Assembly (NCBI RefSeq): GCF_001194135.2
Contig: NC_068982.1
Span: 60,256,088 to 60,320,087, forward strand
Source of the DNA: Octopus bimaculoides
Taxonomy: Eukaryota
Reading direction: 5' to 3'
DNA: 64,000 bases
A model generated the notes under the pieces. The model saw nothing but the letters and a program-made list of their open reading frames with translations, was not told the DNA's origin and did no database searches. The translations under genes were made by a program, and so were the position numbers. Numbering within the stretch: position 1 is the first letter of the stretch; the number at the start of each line of letters is the position of its first letter. Below, in pieces: positions 39,752 to 53,341 of the stretch.

Positions 39752-42124
39752 CAAATACTTTTAGAAGAATGATAGAATCCTTCTTGTTATGCTTCAACAG
39801 CCATCCTGAATAATATGCATTATTATACATAAAGATTATTCTTGACATTCAAAGTTAAATATTAACCAAACACAAATTTTGGAACCAAGTTTCAGACTTC
39901 TGTTTCTTACATCTCTTCTTTTATCCTTATTTGTTTATTTTTTATTATTTTTATTTTATTTTTGTTTCTTCTCCTGTAATCTATAAGTTTTATTTAAGCA
40001 AAGTCAAGATTCAATAAGGAATAAATTGATAAAGAAATAAATATTCATAAGACCTAACTTCAAAGACAACATAAATACATGTCAATGTCAAAAAATCAAG
40101 TGAAATGTCAAAATTTATCTGAATTCAGAGTATCCATTATTTATTTACATTTTAAAATATCTGAAAAACTGGCCCCTATCGCTTTTGTGCATTACACACA
40201 GCAGAAATAGAAAATAAAAAGAACAACTAACAACAGGAAAATTACTACAGTCATTAAAGGCAAAGTGCAAAAGCGGTGAATTTAGTTGAAGGAGAATAAG
40301 TTTGTTTCTGTGAAAATATATTCAAATCTGACAAACAAATATTGTATAATCAGCGAAGAAACAGTGTTTTGTTGTATCATAATAGTTCAAAAAAGATATT
40401 TTCCTGTATCATTTTGATATTCATTCACTCAAGAATTACTTTCTATTTATATATATTCTTACAAACATTATGCAATTCAATGTCCATTTCCATGGAGTTG
40501 TCTTTGTTATTATTTTGCTTTTTATTTTTTCTGTTGCTGTTGTTGTTGTCGTCATTGTTGTCTTAGTTTTTCTTTGTTTTTGTTTTTTTATTTAACAAAA
40601 AACAAACAAACAAACAAATAAGCTGTAGATATCTACAAACATCTTCTGTTTGAATTTAGAATAAATAGCTAAGTAGCCAAAGTTAAACCAAGAATGAATC
40701 AGAGTTTTCTCTTCACCTTTCTTAGAGCAGAACAGAAAATATCCCAAGTAGAGTAAATATAGGAATTTCAGAACCAGGTTTCTTGTAGTAAACTGAACAC
40801 ATAAAGATTATCTCTCTTCTTGGAATTCTTCAGCAAGACAGAATTATTTCAATTGAAAGTAAATAAGCATAAAGTTGTGTTCTATACACTGTATATCTAC
40901 TTGTCTGATACGGCACACATTTTAGTTAGAGTATGAGTAATGAAACATAAATAATTTTATATAATCTTTGCTGAAACATACAGCAACTGTGGCCTTTGCA
41001 TTATCAGCATTGTTCGTCATCACCATCATTCTCATTCACATTAGGATTGTCACTTTAACATGCACATTTTTGATTGAATTAGTCACATGAGACACACTGA
41101 GGCAGATTTTCTATGGACAGATGCCCTTTTTGTTGCCAACACTGTTTCTAAGTAACATAATATTTCTTTTTGGCCAGGTATGTTTTCACAGAAGCTTAAA
41201 ACAATTACTACTGCTTGTATGACACCGATGCTTGCATACAGCTATCATGTGTTGTCCACACAAGGAGACACAAACGTATTCAGACACATATAATATGCAC
41301 ATACACACACACACATGCTGCCCATACACATTTATACAAACACATATATCTGATTATAATGGATTCATAAAGGGTCCTAACAAAACAATTGTAGCAACAC
41401 TTAAAAACCATTCATCAGTTTCTATTATATATGTACACAACAAGCTTCTTTCAGTTTCTATCTACTTTATCCACTCACAAGGCCTTGGTCAGCTTATGCT
41501 ATATCTCAAGGTGCTATGAACTAGGATTGAACTTCGCTCCATGTTGTTAAAGAAAGTGAACATCTTAACCCCATAACCTTTTTTGCACCTACAGAAAGTA
41601 ATAATTCTTTAAGACAATAATAATTCAATAATAAAGGTCTTTACAATAAAGAATGAAAATTTTACAGTGTAGTTGAAGGATTCAGTGCAATATTTGCGAC
41701 AGATACAATTAATTATTTACCAACATATTTACTTGGGGTTAAAGGTGCAACACATTCAGTTTCAGCTAATTTTCAGTCCCTATTTCATATTAGGTGACAG
41801 TAGATTTCTCAGTTAGTACCCCAGGCTGGATTGGTTATTATCTTCAGCTAGCTAACTTGGGATTCTTGTGTTGCTAGCTGAGTACACCTCAATGAGTAAT
41901 TATTGCATCAGAGGATCTGCTAGCTCGGAAACATATGTAGCCAGAAATTTACCTGCTCCACCTGCTCAACTTGGATTTTTATTCACATTAATAGTGACTC
42001 AAGTTGTTCAACATGGACTATATCAAAACTAATTTTTTTCAGCTTATTGAACATCAGTATGGGAAAAGCCTACAACCCTCACCAATAAATTCCTGAGCAT
42101 AGCCTTTTTATACCTACCATGAAC

Positions 42125-42162
<38 letters not shown>

Positions 42163-43001
42163 GTTCAAATTTACAGAAAACAAAATATGAGCAACAAGCA
42201 GGTCTATTAGTTTGACATTTTGAGCCTATGCTCTTTGACAGAAAGGGTTGAGTGGAAAACAATGGAGAGAGAAAAAAATGTATATACGTATATACACACA
42301 CATATGTATATAGGAATATGTATATGTATATATGCTTTAATACATAGATAATTATTTATAGTTATATAATTGTGAGTGTGTATGTGTGTTTATAACTGTG
42401 TGTTTGTTTTTGCATATCTTTACACTGCTGAGTTACAATGATTATTATGTCCCACATCAACAAAAAGTTAACCACTTGTTTCACGAGATGCCATGAAATA
42501 GGTGTTCTTTACTTGAAAACAACAACTGCTGTCAAAAGTCACTCAGTTTTAGACTACTGCCTCAATAAATTGCATCCGACCCATACCAACATTCAATAAG
42601 TAAACTTAATAACCAATGAGTGACAAGTGATGGGCAAATTCCTGTACTTGGTAAAGATGGTAGGTGATCATTATAGCTTTTTCTTGCAGAAGGAATTTTG
42701 TCCAGGATTGCCCTATGTTATTTTTCAGAGTGTTGCCACAGATTGGCATTTCATCTTTTATCTTTTACTTGTTCCTGTCTTGGGATTGTGGCCATGCTTT
42801 GGGCACTGCCTTGGAGGCTTTAGTCAAACAAATCGACCCCAGTACTTTCTAAGTCTAATAACTTATTCTATCAGTCTCTTTTGCTAAACTGCTAGCAAAC
42901 CAACATAAAAACCAATCAACAAAAGTTGTCAAGCAGTGGTGGGGACAAACACATATGCAAAGACAAAAAACATATGCACATATCCACACACATCATCATC
43001 A

Positions 43002-43308
43002 TCATCATCATTGTTTAACGTCCGCTTTCCATGCTAGCATGGGTTGGACGATTTGACTGAGGACTGGTGAAACCGGATGGCAACACCAGGCTCCAATCTA
43101 ATTTGGCAGAGTTTCTACAGCTGGATGCCCTTCCTAACGCCAACCACTCAGAGAGTGTAGTGCGTGCTTTTACGTGTCACCCGCACAAAAACGGCTACGC
43201 TCGAAATGGTGTCTTTTATGTGCCACCCGCACAAGAGCCAGTCCAGGGGCACTGGCAACAATCTCGCTCGAAAACCCTACAAGGCCAGTCAGGCGGTACT
43301 GGCAACGG
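43002..43308 (-). mobile_element. RTE-clade LINE 3' UTR (continues into N gap)
   Basis: Nearly identical to the reverse complement of 55907-56176. Confidence 0.9.
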
Positions 43309-44057
43309 NNNNNNNNNNNNNNNNNNNNNNNNNNNNNNNNNNNNNNNNNNNNNNNNNNNNNNNNNNNNNNNNNNNNNNNNNNNNNNNNNNNNNNNNNNNN
43401 NNNNNNNNNNNNNNNNNNNNNNNNNNNNNNNNNNNNNNNNNNNNNNNNNNNNNNNNNNNNNNNNNNNNNNNNNNNNNNNNNNNNNNNNNNNNNNNNNNNN
43501 NNNNNNNNNNNNNNNNNNNNNNNNNNNNNNNNNNNNNNNNNNNNNNNNNNNNNNNNNNNNNNNNNNNNNNNNNNNNNNNNNNNNNNNNNNNNNNNNNNNN
43601 NNNNNNNNNNNNNNNNNNNNNNNNNNNNNNNNNNNNNNNNNNNNNNNNNNNNNNNNNNNNNNNNNNNNNNNNNNNNNNNNNNNNNNNNNNNNNNNNNNNN
43701 NNNNNNNNNNNNNNNNNNNNNNNNNNNNNNNNNNNNNNNNNNNNNNNNNNNNNNNNNNNNNNNNNNNNNNNNNNNNNNNNNNNNNNNNNNNNNNNNNNNN
43801 NNNNNNNNNNNNNNNNNNNNNNNNNNNNNNNNNNNNNNNNNNNNNNNNNNNNNNNNNNNNNNNNNNNNNNNNNNNNNNNNNNNNNNNNNNNNNNNNNNNN
43901 NNNNNNNNNNNNNNNNNNNNNNNNNNNNNNNNNNNNNNNNNNNNNNNNNNNNNNNNNNNNNNNNNNNNNNNNNNNNNNNNNNNNNNNNNNNNNNNNNNNN
44001 NNNNNNNNNNNNNNNNNNNNNNNNNNNNNNNNNNNNNNNNNNNNNNNNNNNNNNNNN
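43309..44057. other. Assembly gap (largest of 11 N-runs)
   Basis: Other N-runs start at about 4085, 14399, 26315, 31857, 33968, 38717, 47198, 54698, 55716 and 57952. Confidence 0.98.
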
Positions 44058-44893
44058 ATATATATATATATATATATATATATACGACAGGTTTCTGTCA
44101 ATTTCCACCTACCAAATCCACTCACAAGGCTTTGGCTGGCTTGAGGCTAAAGTAAAAGACACTTGCCCAAGGTGCCATGCAGTGGGGCTGAACCCAGAAC
44201 CATGTGGTTGGGAAGCAAGCTACTTACCACACAGCCAAAATTTAACAAAGACACAACAAACAGAAAATTTTACAAAAACATAACAAGCAGAAAATTGGTA
44301 GCTTATTCCTCATCAGTCAACATCTAAAGAGACCATTACAGTTTCGCACCTACACACCCACACAATGGGCTTCCACATGATTTCTTAACAGCATTTTGTC
44401 CATGTTTACATTCCAAGTTCAAAATCTGAGGCGGTCAACTTTTTCTTTCATCACTTCAGGGTTGATGAAATAAGTACCAGCAGAGAAGCAGGGTTAATGT
44501 AATTGACCAGCCCCCTCCCCCAAAATTTCAGGCCTTGTGCCAATAGTAGAAAGGTTATATAGGTTGGATGTCCAATACCATGGCTTCCCCAATCATAATT
44601 CTCAATAATATATCCTATGTAAACACAACAGACATTCCTAATTTACATACCTAGAAAAAAAAAAATAGATGTTTGATACGACTTTAAGTCTTTTTAATCT
44701 TTTTCTAACAATTTAGGAACATTTATTTTTCTCTGAATTTGATGTCCTTACAATGGATTTTGCATTCCAATTACCAAAACAGTCCAGTATATAGTTTGTA
44801 TATAAATAAATCGTTTAAGAACTCAATGCTCAATATTGGATATCAATTAGGTGCCTTCACATGTCTTCAAACTTAATGAAATAACATACATAC

Positions 44894-44935
<42 letters not shown>

Positions 44936-46210
44936 GGGGAGAGAGAGAGAAAGAGATACATATATATATACATATATGTATATATATAAGTCTTTTAATG
45001 TTTTAAGCAAGTTTGGATATTCATGGCTTCCTGCAGAAAATTTGGATAAATACCATTTATACCATATTATATATGCGGCAATGATAAGAAAACAGATATC
45101 AGATGTTTACCACCACTAAATCATAAAGATTTTCAATTTTTGTCTATTTTAAAAGGGAATATGAGTAAGGTTCGTTAAATAACTGATTTTTGAAGTATTT
45201 CTAAAGTTGCCTGAAGACATATTTTTTGTCACTTTTTATTTATGCAGTATGTTTCATAATTCATGGAATTCATGATTAATTAACCAGTAAGAAATAATTA
45301 TTAGTTATGGTGCAAATTTGCATATTTATTAGAATTTATATTAATTTGGCTCATATCAAAAAGAAACAAGTAATTGAAGTCTACAAGTAGAATCAGGCTT
45401 TAAAAAAAAATACATTAAGAAAATAACTAAGAAGAGTTATTTATCTGGAAAATATATGATGAAGAAAATAAGTTTTGAAAAGAAGAAATATTTTGGAGAA
45501 AAAGAAAGTGTTTAAGATAAAGGAGAGAGTGAGAGGGTAAGTTGATTTTTGAAGGAACAAGATAAGATTGGAAAAGAGAAGAGAAGTGAGAAAGAGAGAG
45601 AGGGGGAGATAGAGTGATAGAAACTATGAGTGTGTGTATGTGTGTGAGAGAGAGAGAGACAGAAAGAGAAAGTAAATGTGTTATTATTGGAAAAAATGAC
45701 AAATAATAGAAGAAAAAGAGCATCAAAATTCATGCAAAAGTTGAAGATTGTGAAATGAGAAAAAAAGTGTAAATAAGAAAATGAGATGTGATAGGAAGAG
45801 AGTGATAGAGTAAGCAGAAATAACATGTAAACAGAGAAGGTAAGAGTTATAGATACAGGGAAAAGAGAATGAAAAAAAGAAAAAAAGTATTAGTGAGAGA
45901 GATGGGGGGACAGAGAGAAAGACAGAAGAAAGAGGATTGAAAATTATGTAACTGAGAAGAGAAACTTCATAAAGATAAAATTAGGTTTTAAATGTGCTGT
46001 GAAGAAAACAGATTCTCCAAGAAATTTTTTCAATTTCATTTTAATGACCACATATACAGAACAATGGCATTGTATCCTGGGTAGTTTCTTAACCAGTTAT
46101 TTATTTTCAAATCAATATACATATTGTAAATCCAAAGAGGTGTTTACTAAATGTCAATAAGTCGGATTGCCATGGCAATAAAAAAGAATTACTGTTGAGG
46201 TCTTTTCTAG

Positions 46211-46378
46211 ACCTCATCAGCGATTATTAAATGATGCACTGCAAAATGCATATTGGTGCACCATGAATTTTTTTAAAGAATCATTTGGGGCTCCAGAAAA
46301 TCGATACAAATACTTGAATGTCTGGCAAATCATGTCATTCCTAATTTTGTTATATACATTTATGATTACTAAAACAAG
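46211..46378 (+). CDS. Candidate 168-nt exon (plus strand), product unknown
   Basis: gtcttttctAG | 168 nt | GTAAGC after AAG. One frame is open (PHQRLLNDALQNAYWCTMNFFKESFGAPENRYKYLNVWQIMSFLILLYTFMITKT), phase 2-2. No family recognised. Confidence 0.3.
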
Positions 46379-47019
46379 GTAAGCAATAGCTTTTAAAATA
46401 CTTTTTTAAAATTCTTTAACTTTATAACATAGTTTCTTTTTAATTTTCATGCAAAGTATGGCAGTAATTTTGGACTTCTTACATGAAGTAATTTAGTACG
46501 TTTTCACTTCACCCACCAGTGTAGTATCATGTCATTATGACTGAGAATCACTCGGCTACTTTGAAGAGCTTTGAAGACATCAGACAGTAATGGTGGTAGT
46601 GGTGGTTGTGGTAATGATGATGATGATGATGACGACAATGACAATGATGACAATGGCGATGACAATGATGATAATGATGATGCCCTTGTTAGCACTCTGC
46701 TAAATTTCACAATACTGCACTCCTCTGCTGTTTTTCATTCTGATTTCAAACATACAAATCCACATTCTATCGCTAGATAATGCTTCATTATCTTAACACA
46801 GTTGCCATTTGTTTACATCTCAGATTCAAAACGCAAATTTGGTGTAAATCAATTAGTGACTCAAAAGTTGAATTACATAAACTCATGTTGAAGAACATCT
46901 CACAATTTGCTGAGATTCTTAGAGAAAAAAGATGATCATAAATTTTGCTTTGTAAATTAAACATTAAAATAATTTATGAGTTTATCCAATGCAGATATCT
47001 ACAGATATACAAATATGTA

Positions 47020-47062
<43 letters not shown>

Positions 47063-47100
47063 ATACATGTGTGTGTGTGTCTATATATATATATATATAT

Positions 47101-47197
47101 TGGCATGTGAAAAGGCATTCGAGCGAGGTCGTTGCCAGTGCCGCTGGACTGGCTACAGTGCAGGTGGCACGTAAAATACACCATTTTGAGCATGGTC
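47101..47197 (+). mobile_element. RTE 3' UTR fragment starting at (TA)n and running into a gap
   Basis: cgttgccagtgccgctggactggct..ggtggcacgtaaaatacaccattttgagc matches RTE UTR modules. Confidence 0.8.
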
Positions 47198-48015
47198 NNN
47201 NNNNNNNNNNNNNNNNNNNNNNNNNNNNNNNNNNNNNNNNNNNNNNNNNNNNNNNNNNNNNNNNNNNNNNNNNNNNNNNNNNNNNNNNNNNNNNNNNNNN
47301 NNNNNNNNNNNNNNNNNNNNNNNNNNNNNNNNNNNNNNNNNNNNNNNNNNNNNNNNNNNNNNNNNNNNNNNNNNNNNNNNNNNNNNNNNNNNNNNNNNNN
47401 NNNNNNNNNNNNNNNNNNNNNNNNNNNNNNNNNNNNNNNNNNNNNNNNNNNNNNNNNNNNNNNNNNNNNNNNNNNNNNNNNNNNNNNNNNNNNNNNNNNN
47501 NNNNNNNNNNNNNNNNNNNNNNNNNNNNNNNNNNNNNNNNNNNNNNNNNNNNNNNNNNNNNNNNNNNNNNNNNNNNNNNNNNNNNNNNNNNNNNNNNNNN
47601 NNNNNNNNNNNNNNNNNNNNNNNNNNNNNNNNNNNNNNNNNNNNNNNNNNNNNNNNNNNNNNNNNNNNNNNNNNNNNNNNNNNNNNNNNNNNNNNNNNNN
47701 NNNNNNCCTTCATATGGCATTTCAGTTGCACATTCTTGACGCACATTTTGTTCCACACTCCCTACGAGTAGAGATGCCATATTATGCATAATTAATAACA
47801 AATACATATACTTACACACATATATACATACTTATATATGTAGGTATATGCATATGATTCATGCACACCTATGTATCTATACACATATATGTCCATTAGA
47901 TTACTAGTGTATGAACTGAGTTTTGTTGCTATAATACATTACAAAACATATTTATAAGTTTCTTTAGCCAACATTGTATTATGACAATTATAACCTATTC
48001 ATCCATATAATACAT

Positions 48016-48345
48016 GTGTGAAGGCACGTGGCCTAGTGGTTAGGGCATTCAGCTTGTGATTGTAAGGTCGTGAGTTCAATTCTTGGTGATGCGTTGTGTC
48101 CTTGAGCAAGACACTTTATTTCACGTTGCTCCAGTCCACTCAGCTGGCAAAAATGGGTTGTACCTGTATTTCAAAGGGCCGGCCTTGTCACACTCTGTGT
48201 CATGCTAGCTCTCCCTGAGAACTACGTTAGGGGTACACGTGTCTGTGGATTGCTCAGTCACTTGCACGTTAATTTCACGAGCAAGATGTTCCGTTGATTG
48301 TATCAGCTGGGACCCTCGTCATCGTAACCGACAGAGTGCTCCCTA
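48016..48345 (+). mobile_element. SINE family B, full copy
   Basis: gtgaaggcacgtggcctagtggttagg (A-box-like) ..gagttcaattc (B-box-like) ..ttgtgtccttgagcaagacacttt..ccactcagctggcaaaaatg, then a long unique tail. Confidence 0.85.
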
Positions 48346-48648
48346 CATGTGAGGTCATTAAAAGGGAGACAGTTATATGCATGCTTCAACTCTTTTGGAG
48401 TCTTTAGCCGTAGCTGTACTTCACTTTTAAAGTACGTATAATCCCATTCATATAAGTGAATTTATAAATAGTGTCTGTTAAATTGGTACACAGCTACAAG
48501 TGAAGACTCTAAGAAGAGTCAAAACATACACTCACCCATCTCCACTTTTCTATCCACACATGTATTGTATAAATGAATTGTTTACATATACCATAATATA
48601 GTGTTGGATAAAAAAATCTATTGATATGTTTTATAATACATAATATAT

Positions 48649-48798
48649 ATTCTAGGTGAAGGCATGTGGCTTAGCGTTTAGGGTATTTGGCTCATGATCC
48701 TAAGGTTGTGAGTTCAAAAATTGGTGCTGCATTGTGTTCACTCAGCTGGCAAAAATGAGCACTTTAACCACTAAACCATGGGCCTTCACATCTAGAAT
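48649..48798. repeat. Inverted (fold-back) pair of SINE B heads
   Basis: attctaggtgaaggcatgtggcttagcgttta (48649-) versus taaccactaaaccatgggccttcacatctagaat (-48798). Confidence 0.7.
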
Positions 48799-49305
48799 TA
48801 CTCTATTTAATATACCTTCCCTCTTTATGTCACAGCCATGTCGTGATGAATCCTACTTTTTATGAATTAGATCAATGAAGAATTAACTGTTATTTATAAT
48901 TTTATGAAAAAGACCAATTGTACAAAAACACTGATTTTATAATTTTACCCAATATGAAAAGCTAATTAATAGAAACCGTAAATTTCAGGCAGCTTAAATA
49001 TGTGATATAGATTAAGTTTCATATCAAAACAATTAAGTCACTCTTCTATTTCAGGCAACATCTCTGTTAATCAAGTCTTAATTTAATAATATAAAAAGAA
49101 CCAGATATTATTAATCTATTAATCTTCAATTAAAGAGATTTCTTATTCTAAATAAGAAATATGCTATAAACAATTAGAACAAAATCTATAAATACCAGTG
49201 GATAGTGTTCATAAAATGATAATCAACAAATTGATATATTTAACTTGTCTTCATAATCTATGGAACCAATGTTGCCATCTTTCAATATTTTAGTCAAAGA
49301 AAGAT

Positions 49306-49510
49306 GGCGAGCTGGCAGAATTGTAAGCCCACTGGGCAAAAGGCTTAGGAGCGTTTTATCCATTCTTAGGTTCTAAGTTCAAATACTACAGAGGTCAACT
49401 TTACCTTTCAGCCTTTCAGGGTCGATAAAATAAAGTGCCAGTTGAGCAGTTGAGCATTGGGAGTCAACACCTACCCTGGAATTGCTGGCCTCGTGCTAAA
49501 ATTTGAAATC
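49306..49510 (+). mobile_element. SINE family C (diverged)
   Basis: ggcgagctggcagaattg..gtcaactttacctttcagcctttcagggtcgataaaataaagtgccag. Confidence 0.75.
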
Positions 49511-49884
49511 AATATTTTAGTCGGAATCGTTTTGTTCTTAAACTCAGAACTTATAAAAAGGAAGTGCAGGGGTTACATTGTACTGAGATTGGAGATGAAC
49601 TTCCTGAGGTCTCTGGAAAATATTTACATATATCAAAGGCTATTTTTAAATGAAAGGAGTCCACACTTCGTACTCCCAAATAAAATTCTTCTAAGTATCT
49701 CTGTTTATGCTGTTGAGTTTACATTTCAGTTTCATAACCATGTATCTATTGCTTTCTGAGTGAGTGAACTGTTGAATGCACTATGAAGTGCTTGCCATTC
49801 CATCTCAAATTATATATTATAAATTGTAGAATAACTTATCCTGCTAGTGCTAAGTGCCTAACAAATTTTCCTGAGCTGAACAAA

Positions 49885-50025
49885 TCACAAGGTTTTGTTT
49901 GGCCCCAAGGCTTTGACAGATGACACTTGCCCATGCAAGTGTCATGCAAGTCTCATGCAGTAGAACTGAACCTGAAACCATGTGGTTGGGAAGCAAACTT
50001 CTTACCACACAGCCATGTCAGTGCC
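49885..50025 (-). mobile_element. SINE A head only
   Basis: gacacttgccc..gaacctgaaaccatgtggttgggaagcaaacttcttaccacacagcc. Confidence 0.75.
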
Positions 50026-50715
50026 TGTTTAGAAAAAAAAGAGCAAGATGAATTACGTAATACATTCTTAGATACCTTGTACAAGGGAGAAGGCAGGAAG
50101 GTCACATCTGGACAACCAGCCAAACAATGAAAAGTTGACGCAGAAAACAAAAAAAGAAAAAGAAAAGGAAACTAGCATGCAAATCATCACCAAGGATAAG
50201 AAACATTTTGAGGAAATATTTTTGAAGTGATGACACTGCAGAAAACAGACAGTTATAATTAAAATGAAATATGTTAGTGTATAATGTTTCTTTGAGAATG
50301 TGAAAAAAAAAATCCCAGAATGAATGCCAAAGAATATTCCAGATATATTCACTCATTTGTCAGCGTACCAAAAAACTTTAATAATTCTTTGCTACACAAA
50401 AATTATAAGCTATATTAAATGTCCCATAACTGTTATAAATGGACTGGTACTGAAGTAGGAATTCTCAAAAAGAAAGAAGAAAAATATAGATATACATATA
50501 AATTAAGGAAATCATTCATTTAACTCTAATAGTGAATGGTTTCTATTTTTGTCAGTAGATATGAGATAAAATAAATGCAGCAGTACTTTTAAGAAACTAA
50601 AAATTTTAGCTAATCTAAATTACATTCTTATATTTACACATACACATACACACACATTTTTACTTCTATTCTCCCTTTCAAATATGGCTCTGTGAGTATT
50701 TTTTTTTGTCTTTTT

Positions 50716-50798
50716 TAATTTTTTGTTTCTGTCTTTATTGTTATTTTTAATTTAATTTTTTGTTTCTGTCTTTATTGTTATTTTTAATTTAATTTTTT
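50716..50798. repeat. 37-bp tandem duplication (2.2 copies)
   Basis: taattttttgtttctgtctttattgttatttttaatt twice, exact, plus a partial third copy. Confidence 0.85.
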
Positions 50799-51095
50799 AC
50801 CTTTGCATTTTCTTTCTTATAAATTTTAAATATGCTTCTGTGTGATTTTTGTGTTTTGTACCTTTTGTTTTTCTTCAAGGAAATGAAATAAGAGCACAAA
50901 AATATGAAACGACACGTTTTAATGTATAATTAGATTGTAGTACAGAAGACATGGTAAGTTATGTAGTTTCTTATCAATCAATTATTATAGTAAAAAGCAG
51001 ATAATATATATACAAAGTTCATCATTTTTTTTAACTTCTCATAAAAATACGCATAGTATTCACACTGAGATAGTCACATACAAATCAAGCATATA

Positions 51096-51134
<39 letters not shown>

Positions 51135-51167
51135 AAATACATACTATACATACATAAGTATTTGCAT

Positions 51168-51222
<55 letters not shown>

Positions 51223-51475
51223 TGCATATATACACATATCATATATATACACATATACACACATAAATGCATATATATGTGTGTGTATAGTTGGTGCAAC
51301 CATACATATTCTCGCACACAGATTAAATATATATATATGCTTGTATTATTGCACTGCAGGACAGGAATATATGCATAGATATATTGATATAATAACATAC
51401 ACATATACATATTGACACATTTATATATATATACATATATATATATGTATACATATATATATATGTATGTATACA

Positions 51476-51515
<40 letters not shown>

Positions 51516-51565
51516 CATACGTACATGCATACACACACATATATATGCACAAGTGTGCATGTATG

Positions 51566-51605
<40 letters not shown>

Positions 51606-51619
51606 GGTTCATATACATA

Positions 51620-51650
<31 letters not shown>

Positions 51651-52553
51651 GAAAGGAGAAAGAGATAGAGAAACAGAAAATTGTGTTGAAACCAAGGAAA
51701 TCAGACAAAAGCAATATCACGATTGAGGAGGTGAAGACAGGCTGCTAAAATTTGAGATCCTGCTAAAATAGCTATTTTATACAAAGGACTAAATAGAAAA
51801 TTGTAGAGCTTTTGATCATAATCTGAACCTTTGAAATTGAACAAAGTCCTGTAAAACATGCATTACAGATATTTCATCATATTTCATTATCACAGTCTTG
51901 TTTCAAATAAAAATGTAATTGAAATATTTTTGCTATGTAAAATTCCAGCTATAACATGTAATGATATCTTATCTTTTTTACTTTCTAATTCTAATGTAGA
52001 AAAGAATGTCCATGTTCATAACCCTTGCAGATATTCCTGGAATTGTGAGATTATCATAACTAATACATAACCTGGTGTTTTGTTGTTGTTGTTTTTTTTT
52101 CCTTTTTTTGATTGTTTATTAATGTTAGAAGGGCAGTGGTGCCCATTACATTTTATAGGGCCTTCAAGCCTAATGCTAGAAATTGAGAAAGATTTTACCA
52201 ACCAAAGACCTGACCCAAATGCTAGCCATAGCGGTAACTCTACTAAAGGCACCCAGAGATTTGGTAACTTTAAAGTTAGATTTAGTCTACAACCCAGGCA
52301 GGTTATAGCAAGTTTTGAATATAAAACGCAAAGAACTGGTATAGATAGCACATGGTAATCTATCCAGCATTCTAACAATTCTGCCAGAACCCACCTCCTA
52401 GACCAGCACATTTTATATTATCTCCAAAATATTTAAGTCAACCTTGGTGGCATTTAAATTCAGAATGCTAAGAACTGAAATCAATCCTACAAGATACTGC
52501 TCTGATGTTTCTGCCATTTCACACCTTATAAGGAGAAAAAACAGTATTGAAAC

Positions 52554-52623
52554 AATGAAACAAACATTGTGAATGGTTGGTTTTGAAAGAATGAAACAAA
52601 CCTTGTGAATGGTTGGTTTTGAA
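52554..52623. repeat. 36-bp-period tandem duplication
   Basis: aatgaaacaaac(a/c)ttgtgaatggttggttttgaa at 52554 and 52590, with one mismatch. Confidence 0.9.
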
Positions 52624-53341
52624 GTGTAATAGCCAATCAGAGATCGTCTTTCAAAGCATATGTTTTTGATTGTTTTGGCTATACATACCAAAACACTACT
52701 AGTAAACTGGCAAACATGGTCTCTAAGTCAAAAATCCACTACTTCCTCTACTATCTCATTTTGACTTATATGTGTGCATGATGACATTAAATTTGAATTA
52801 TTTTCATGTTAAAGTTATATATGACTTTCATAGATATTATAAGTCTTGAATGTTTTTTCCTCCAAATTTAATATCCAGAATAACAATAGTATGACAGCAG
52901 ATTATTTGTTGAAGTAGTAGGTTCTCATATTACCAAATATATTTCTAACACCATTGAGCATCAAAGGTGTCGTCCTATATATTAAAGAGAATCATCAAAT
53001 TATCAAAGTGAGATGAAGAAGTTTGATTTGTCATCATTTATGGCTACCTGAGACAGAATCAAATTTTTAAAAATTTGAAATCAGATAAAACACTCAGAAA
53101 CATTCTCAGATTATATAGAATCAATATTTTGATAAATGATATATAAAACCTGAACAATCTATGTCTGCATAATAGATAAATTGATGTTATACAAATGGCA
53201 ATGATTCAAACTATTTTCCAACAAGCTAGAGAGAATTATATAGAATAATGTGACACATCCTGGAGCTCAGCAGTGTTTGTAGAAGGTTTTAGGCCAATTA
53301 ACCATTGTTTGTGAATCAATTTCACAGATAACAAACTTTAC

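Larger units (their letters stand above)
42745..44236 (-). mobile_element. SINE A (tail 42745-42950, head 44076-44236) with a nested RTE copy
   Basis: The two SINE halves flank the RTE 3' UTR (43002-43308), the gap and a (TA)n. Confidence 0.75.

Noticed and set aside
48410-48520. Short inverted motifs (gtagctgt/acagctac, cttcactt/aagtgaag) and a gactct-aaga-agagtc hairpin
   Set aside because: The two motifs are in the wrong order for a true TIR pair, and matches this short are expected by chance.
51690-51830. KLYNFLFSPLYKIAILAG loosely like a GABA-B receptor ligand-binding segment
   Set aside because: Downstream residue spacing does not match, the conserved Cys is absent and there is no good donor site.
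52016-52411. 131-aa minus ORF and overlapping 92-aa plus ORF
   Set aside because: Both overlap SINE C-like fragments and probable repeat sequence, lack consistent splice signals and have no recognisable domain.
52554-52623. Direct repeats considered as a CRISPR-like array
   Set aside because: There are only two adjacent copies with no unique spacers, in a eukaryotic context. It is a simple tandem duplication.
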